A stretch of DNA of 64,000 nt from positions 32,001 to 96,000 of the forward strand of contig CAWJSR010000023.1 of NCBI GenBank assembly GCA_963845515.1. The letters are read 5' to 3'. Both the position numbers and the translations under genes were made by a program. Below, piece after piece: positions 59,263 to 64,000 of this stretch (the stretch's first letter is position 1; every line of letters begins with the position of its first letter). Below the pieces are notes generated by a model. The model searched no databases and was not told the origin of the DNA. It saw only the letters and a list, made by a program, of their open reading frames with translations. This stretch comes from an uncultured delta proteobacterium (lineage in GTDB: Bacteria > Myxococcota > Myxococcia > Myxococcales > Anaeromyxobacteraceae).

Positions 59263-60460
59263 AGGCTGCTCGTTCCGCTGGCGCGTCGGGTCGCGATCGA
59301 GGTGGAGAGCTGGGGACCGCGGCGCTCGTCGCGATCGCGGCGGCCCTCCTCGTCGCCGGCGCGGCCGTCCTGGCGCTGGCCAGCTCTCCCCTCCGGTTCG
59401 CGTTCGCTGCCCCGCTCCTCCTCACCGGGGCGCTCTGCGGTCTCGCGGTCGCCCGGCCTCCTCCCACCCGTGTGACGACCGATGCGCGTGGGATCGAAGT
59501 CGTCGGGATCGAGGGGCGGCGCCCGCGGCGGCTGGGGCTGGAGGAGATCCGCGGGATCCGCACGCTCAAACACCGGGGGGCAGCGTGACCGTCGTCCTCG
59601 AGCCGCGTGACGCCGCGAAGAGGCCGCTCGAGCTACCCGCCCTGCTCCTCGATGCGAACTTCTGGGGGTGGGCCCGCACGCTCCCGGACCTCGACGCGTT
59701 GGACGCCGCCCGGGTCGAGGCCGGGCTCCTGGCGTCACCGGCGCTCGGCGCGACCCCGGCCGCGCGGAGGGCGGCCCTCGGGCGCGCTCGCTCGGTCGCC
59801 CGGGGGCTCGGGTGGAGCTCCATCGTCGCCGGCGGCTGGGCCCTCGCCGAGCCGTCGTCGCCATGGGCCGTCGCGGCGGCGTTCCTCTTTCCGGCGACGG
59901 CGCTGGTCGTCGCCCTGCTGGGCGGCGGCGCCTTCCAGCACTTTCGGGCGCGCAACGATCCGCGCCCGACGCTCTGGATGGCGCTCATCGTCCCCGTGGG
60001 CATGGCCTCGATCCGGGTGTTCGAGTACCAGCTGGTGATGCCCGGCGCGCTCCTGCCGCCGGCGCTGGCCGGCGGCGCGGCGCTGGCGGCGCTGGCCGCC
60101 GCGGGAGACCGGTCCCTGCTCCGGCGCCCGTTGCAGCTGGCGGGACTCTTCGCGCTGATGACGGGGCTGTCGGCCTCCGGTCTGACGTTCGCGAACGGCG
60201 TGCGAGACGGCTCGGCGCTCGTCGAGTTCGAGGCGACGCTGCTGTCGAAGTACAGGACCCGTCGCACTCCCACGCTGGCGCTGGGGCCGTGGGAGCGGCG
60301 ACCGGGCCGCACGGTCGTGTTCGTGCCGCGCCCTCTCTACGACTCGGTCGAGCAGGGGACGCCCGTGCGCATCTGCCTGCGCGCGGGGCGACTCGGCCTC
60401 CCGTGGTTCTGGTTGAGCCCCGGAGTCGCCTGCCCGGACTCCCGGCCGCCCACCATGTGA
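59259..60460 (+). CDS. Hypothetical multi-TM protein; two ORFs (59259-59588, 59585-60460), possibly one gene frameshifted at the G6 run near 59580
   Basis: Hydrophobic segments in both ORFs; junction at gggggg. Confidence 0.55.
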
Positions 60461-60613
60461 CCCGACGCGGGCTTCGCGGCTCGCCGTCAGTACGACCTGC
60501 CGCCCTCCCCCTCGAGCTCGCCGCGGGTCTTCATCCGCGCATCGTACCGTGTCGAGCGGGGGAGGCGATCGGCCTCCCCCACCCCGGGATCACCTCGAGG
60601 GTTCAGGCGGCCG

Positions 60614-61132
60614 TCACCGCAGCGACTGCCTGCGCCGACGCGTCGGCGCGGAGAAGTCGACGGACGGCTCCGCGACGACCGGGCCTGGTCCGGCCTTCGG
60701 CCCGTGGGTGCCCCGCAGCTCCCTCAGGAAGGCCACCGGATCGACGACCTGCGCCCCGCGGTAGTGCTTGAGCGCGAGGAGGTGCGCGTCCTTGCTGACC
60801 AGGTGCGACGCGCCGCCGACCCAGGCCGTCCAGACGTAGGGATTGTCCTTCGGATCCGACGTGAACGGCGGCCCCTCGGTCTCCTCCACCACGTCGGCAC
60901 AGGCGGTCTCGACCAGCTCCAGCCACTCGACGGGATCGAAGCCGGGCCTGAATCGCCCCGAGACCCCCGGCCGGCCGCACACGTCGAGCACCTCGGCGCG
61001 GACGTAGGCGGAGGTGACGAGGCGGAGCCGGCCGGACAGCGCCGCCTCGACGATGGCGCGAGGCGCGCCCTTCGGGTTGAGCGCCGCGCTCACCCAGACC
61101 TGCGCGTCGAGCACCGCGCGAAGCGCGGTCAC
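60614..61132 (-). CDS. PIN domain toxin (PIN_3/TIGR00305 type)
   Basis: AVLDAQVWVSA, EV..V, DPKDN, LVSKD.HLL. Confidence 0.88.
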   Translation of the reverse strand: MTALRAVLDAQVWVSAALNPKGAPRAIVEAALSGRLRLVTSAYVRAEVLDVCGRPGVSGRFRPGFDPVEWLELVETACADVVEETEGPPFTSDPKDNPYVWTAWVGGASHLVSKDAHLLALKHYRGAQVVDPVAFLRELRGTHGPKAGPGPVVAEPSVDFSAPTRRRRQSLR

Positions 61133-61431
61133 TTACGGCCCTTGCGGCCTCGCTCGGCCCGGACCGCACCAGCAGCCCGCTCGATGGCCTTTTCGGTCTC
61201 GCCGGCGTCGAGCCCCGCCGCATCCTGGAGCGACATCAGCTCTCGGGCGCGCCGCCGCGCGAACTCCTCGACGCGGCGCATCCGCTCCGCGGGCACCAGC
61301 GCCGCCACCTCCTTGCCCTTGCGCTCGATGACGTAGGCGGCCGATCGCAGCCGCACGCGGTCGAGCAGCTCTCCGAGGTGGGCGCGCAGGTCCATGGTGC
61401 TGATGCGGGTCGCATCGTGCCGGGTCGCCAT
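61129..61431 (-). CDS. Phd/YefM antitoxin
   Basis: ISTMDLR..LGELLDRV....YVIERKGKEVAALVP. Confidence 0.88.
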   Translation of the reverse strand: MATRHDATRISTMDLRAHLGELLDRVRLRSAAYVIERKGKEVAALVPAERMRRVEEFARRRARELMSLQDAAGLDAGETEKAIERAAGAVRAERGRKGRK

Positions 61432-61438
61432 GCGAGGG

Positions 61439-61458
61439 ACTATAGCAACTCTCATAGT
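61439..61458 (-). promoter_or_regulatory. Putative TA operator overlapping -10
   Basis: Inverted repeat ACTAT-N10-ATAGT; TATAGT 7 nt before the antitoxin ATG. Confidence 0.55.
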
Positions 61459-61535
61459 GGCCGCGCACCCGGCCGGCGTGGCCGGTGCCGCGCTCGCCCG
61501 GACCTGGGCGGTGCCGGGCGAGGCGCGGTCACCTG

Positions 61536-62486
61536 CTACTGCTTGCGGTAGGGCAGCTGGGCCACGAGCGAGACGGGCCGGTTGGCCGGCGTCGTCCCGT
61601 CGCGGGCTCCCGAGCTGTCGCCGATGTACAGGACGTCCGGGGTCGAGGCGGCGTCGACGTACAGGAGCGTGTAGAGCGTCACGGACGCGGGGTACGAGGC
61701 GACGAGATTGGTGGCGTGGGCGGTCACGGTGTTCACGCCGAGCTGCGCCGGCACCGCGCCGCCCACCGTGAACGACCCGCCGAACGAGAACGTGTCTACG
61801 ACGGACCCTGAGCAGCTGCCGTCGTAGCTCGAGTGCAAGGTGTCGAGCCCGCTCCAGCTCTCGCCGCTGAAGGAGAGCCTCTCCTTCACGTCGCCGTAGT
61901 AGCTCCCCTGGCAGGAGGCCCAGGAGCCCTGGATGACGTCGGCGAAGCTCGGCTCGGGGAGCCCGCCCAGGTACCTCGGCTTCCAGGCCTCGAGGACGGC
62001 AGGGCGCCTGTCGGGCGTGCTGCCGTCGAGCGCCGGATCGATCGCCTGGTCGCCGGTGTAGAGCACGTCCGGATTGGGCCCGACGTCGACATAGACGATC
62101 GAGTAGAACGTGACGCCGCCGCCGTCGGTGACGTCGATGGCGCGCGCCGTCACCACGCCCCCTGCGGCTCCGACTCGCGCCTCGACCGGGCCGCCGATCG
62201 TGAAGGTGCCGGCGAAGGTTCCGGCGACCGTCCCCGTCCCGCTGCAGGTCGCGTCCGTGCTCGCGTGCGTCGTCTGGACGCTGACCACGGTGTCGCCGTC
62301 GATGGTGAGCGCCTCCGCCTGGTCGGACGCGCCGGACCCTTCGTTCACGCAGGAGATCCAGGTGCCCTGCAGGGTCGCGGGGAACGGGACCGGAGCAGGC
62401 GGGTCGTTCCCGCCGTCGGGGTCGCAGCCCGCCGAGAGCCCCGCAAGCAGCAGCGCGAGAGAGAACCTCATCAGTGTCGTCGTCAT
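61536..62486 (-). CDS. Lipoprotein with two tandem ~130-aa repeats
   Basis: Lipobox LSAGC; QG.W.SC...CSG...YVD...PDVLY.GD...DG.TP..RP twice. Confidence 0.8.
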   Translation of the reverse strand: MTTTLMRFSLALLLAGLSAGCDPDGGNDPPAPVPFPATLQGTWISCVNEGSGASDQAEALTIDGDTVVSVQTTHASTDATCSGTGTVAGTFAGTFTIGGPVEARVGAAGGVVTARAIDVTDGGGVTFYSIVYVDVGPNPDVLYTGDQAIDPALDGSTPDRRPAVLEAWKPRYLGGLPEPSFADVIQGSWASCQGSYYGDVKERLSFSGESWSGLDTLHSSYDGSCSGSVVDTFSFGGSFTVGGAVPAQLGVNTVTAHATNLVASYPASVTLYTLLYVDAASTPDVLYIGDSSGARDGTTPANRPVSLVAQLPYRKQ

Positions 62487-62657
62487 GGCTTCCTCCCGGA
62501 ACGTAGAGGCGCCGGGGAGGCGTGCGTGACCTGCGAAGCGCCTCCCCCCCTCGGGAAGGGCCGCTCCAAAGGGCGGCGGGCGGGCCACGTCGGGGCTGGC
62601 CCGGGGCCGTCGTGCGCGCTCTCGCCGCGGTCGCGGGCGACGCACTACAATGGCCGG

Positions 62658-63881
62658 ATGCACCTCCGCCGCCTCGCGGTCCCCCTCGCCGTCGTCGTCG
62701 CTTTCGTCGCCGGGCTCTCGCTGAGCCACGTCGCCGCCGCCCCGAAGAGGGCGCCTTCTCCGCCCTACAAGCCGCTCGACGTCTTCGCCGAGGTGCTCGC
62801 CTCGGTGGAGAACAACTACGTCGAGCCGGTCGCCGAGCAGGAGCTGGTCTATGGCGCCATCGACGGCATGGTGGCGAAGCTGGACCCCCACTCGGTCTTC
62901 ATGCGCCCCGACGTCTACAAGGCGATGCACGACGAGGCGATCGGCGAGTTCGACGGCCTCGGGCTGGAGGTGAGCATCGAGGGGGACGTGCTGGTGATCG
63001 TGACGCCGGTGGCCGACTCGCCCGCCGAGCGGGCCGGGCTCCACCCGGGCGACCGGATCGTCTCGATCGACGGCGAGGCGACGCGTGACATGACCCTCGG
63101 CGAGGCGCTCCAGCGGATGCGCGGCGCGCCGGGGACCCGGGTGGTGCTCGAGATCATGCGGGAGGGGTTCCAGGCGCCGCTCAAGCTGACGCTGGTGCGC
63201 GACCGGGTCCGGATGCAGAGCGTCGAGTGGCGCCCCCTCGACACCGCCAAGCGGCACGCCTACGTGCGGGTGAAGGCGTTCCAGGATCGGACCGACCGGG
63301 CCATCCGAAAGGCGCTCGACGACGCCCGCGCCGCCTTCAAGGGCGAGATCCAGGGGCTGGTGCTCGACCTCCGCAACAACCCCGGTGGCCTGCTGCAGCA
63401 GGCGGTGCGCGTCTCTGACATCTGGCTGTCGCAGGGCGTCATCGTCTCCGTCGAGGGGCGCAGCAAGGCGAACGTCGAGGTCGAGAAGGCCCGCGAGAAG
63501 GACACCGAGCCCGGCTACCCGATCGTCATCCTCGTCAACAAGGGGACGGCCAGCGCCAGCGAGATCGTCGCCGGGGCGCTCCAGGATCAGGGTCGCGCCG
63601 CGCTCCTCGGCCAGACCACCTTCGGCAAGGGCTCGGTCCAGTCGATCATCGAGCTGGAGGACGGCTCAGGGCTCAAGCTGACGGTGGCCCGCTACTTCAC
63701 CCCGAAGCACCGCTCGATCCACGGCCAGGGCATCGCGCCGGACGTGGTCGTGGAGGTGCCGCCGCCGGCCCCCCCGGCCGCGCGCGACGGCAAGGCTCCT
63801 CAGGCTGGCCCCGATACGCAGTTGGAGCGAGCCCGGCAGTGGCTCGAGGATCCCGCCCGAGGCAGGTCTGCCGGCCGGTGA
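62658..63881 (+). CDS. ctpA: S41 carboxyl-terminal processing protease
   Basis: LDPHS, PDZ GLGL, LDLRNNPGG, TASASEI, TFGKGSVQ. Confidence 0.95.
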   Translation: MHLRRLAVPLAVVVAFVAGLSLSHVAAAPKRAPSPPYKPLDVFAEVLASVENNYVEPVAEQELVYGAIDGMVAKLDPHSVFMRPDVYKAMHDEAIGEFDGLGLEVSIEGDVLVIVTPVADSPAERAGLHPGDRIVSIDGEATRDMTLGEALQRMRGAPGTRVVLEIMREGFQAPLKLTLVRDRVRMQSVEWRPLDTAKRHAYVRVKAFQDRTDRAIRKALDDARAAFKGEIQGLVLDLRNNPGGLLQQAVRVSDIWLSQGVIVSVEGRSKANVEVEKAREKDTEPGYPIVILVNKGTASASEIVAGALQDQGRAALLGQTTFGKGSVQSIIELEDGSGLKLTVARYFTPKHRSIHGQGIAPDVVVEVPPPAPPAARDGKAPQAGPDTQLERARQWLEDPARGRSAGR

Positions 63882-63956
63882 TGGTCGGTTTTCAGCGCAC
63901 ACCTCGGGTGCGACGTCAGCGCGCAATTCCCCAGTATCGACGCTGGTTTCCAGCTG

Positions 63957-63984
63957 TTGACTTCCCCGCCTGGAGGGTTATAGT
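63957..63984 (+). promoter_or_regulatory. Putative sigma70 promoter for a gene beyond the window
   Basis: TTGACT-16 bp-TATAGT in AT-richer context. Confidence 0.55.
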
Positions 63985-64000
63985 CGCGCGAATTTTCGTG

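Noticed and set aside
62555..62600. Degenerate copy of the envC 3' end as an att-like repeat
   Set aside because: Only a short gapped match (gaagggccg...cacgt) in GC-rich DNA; not convincing

Overview
High-GC (Anaeromyxobacter/Myxococcota-like, inferred from gene content) chromosomal window, mostly housekeeping and envelope genes. These include a class III adenylate cyclase, dxr-rseP-tsaB, an asd/usg-like gene, the bactofilin bacNOP-padC locus, pyrE, nadB, pgsA, tRNA-Gly(GCC), fabI, erpA, ppx, tolQRAB, murI and ftsEX-envC...ctpA. Accessory DNA is interspersed: an integrase-less block after the tRNA (~26.5-43 kb) and short islets between ppx/tolB, tolQ/murI and envC/ctpA. Many genes are split by single-base frameshifts without in-frame stops, most likely read or assembly errors. 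The most notable observations are: (1) palindromic REP-like elements that occur between genes and are also translated inside pyrE, pgsA, tolR and possibly ppx; (2) a ~1470-aa fused PlsA/PlsR-like candidate anaerobic ether-lipid enzyme; (3) a ~10 kb islet bracketed by copies of the post-tRNA hairpin, containing a patchwork duplication with reciprocal deletions; (4) sigma54-type promoters driving uncharacterised surface-protein pairs; (5) recurrent -10 boxes directly ahead of start codons, suggesting leaderless genes. No CRISPR, rRNA, transposase or integrase was seen. All calls are from motif recognition by eye, with no database searches.
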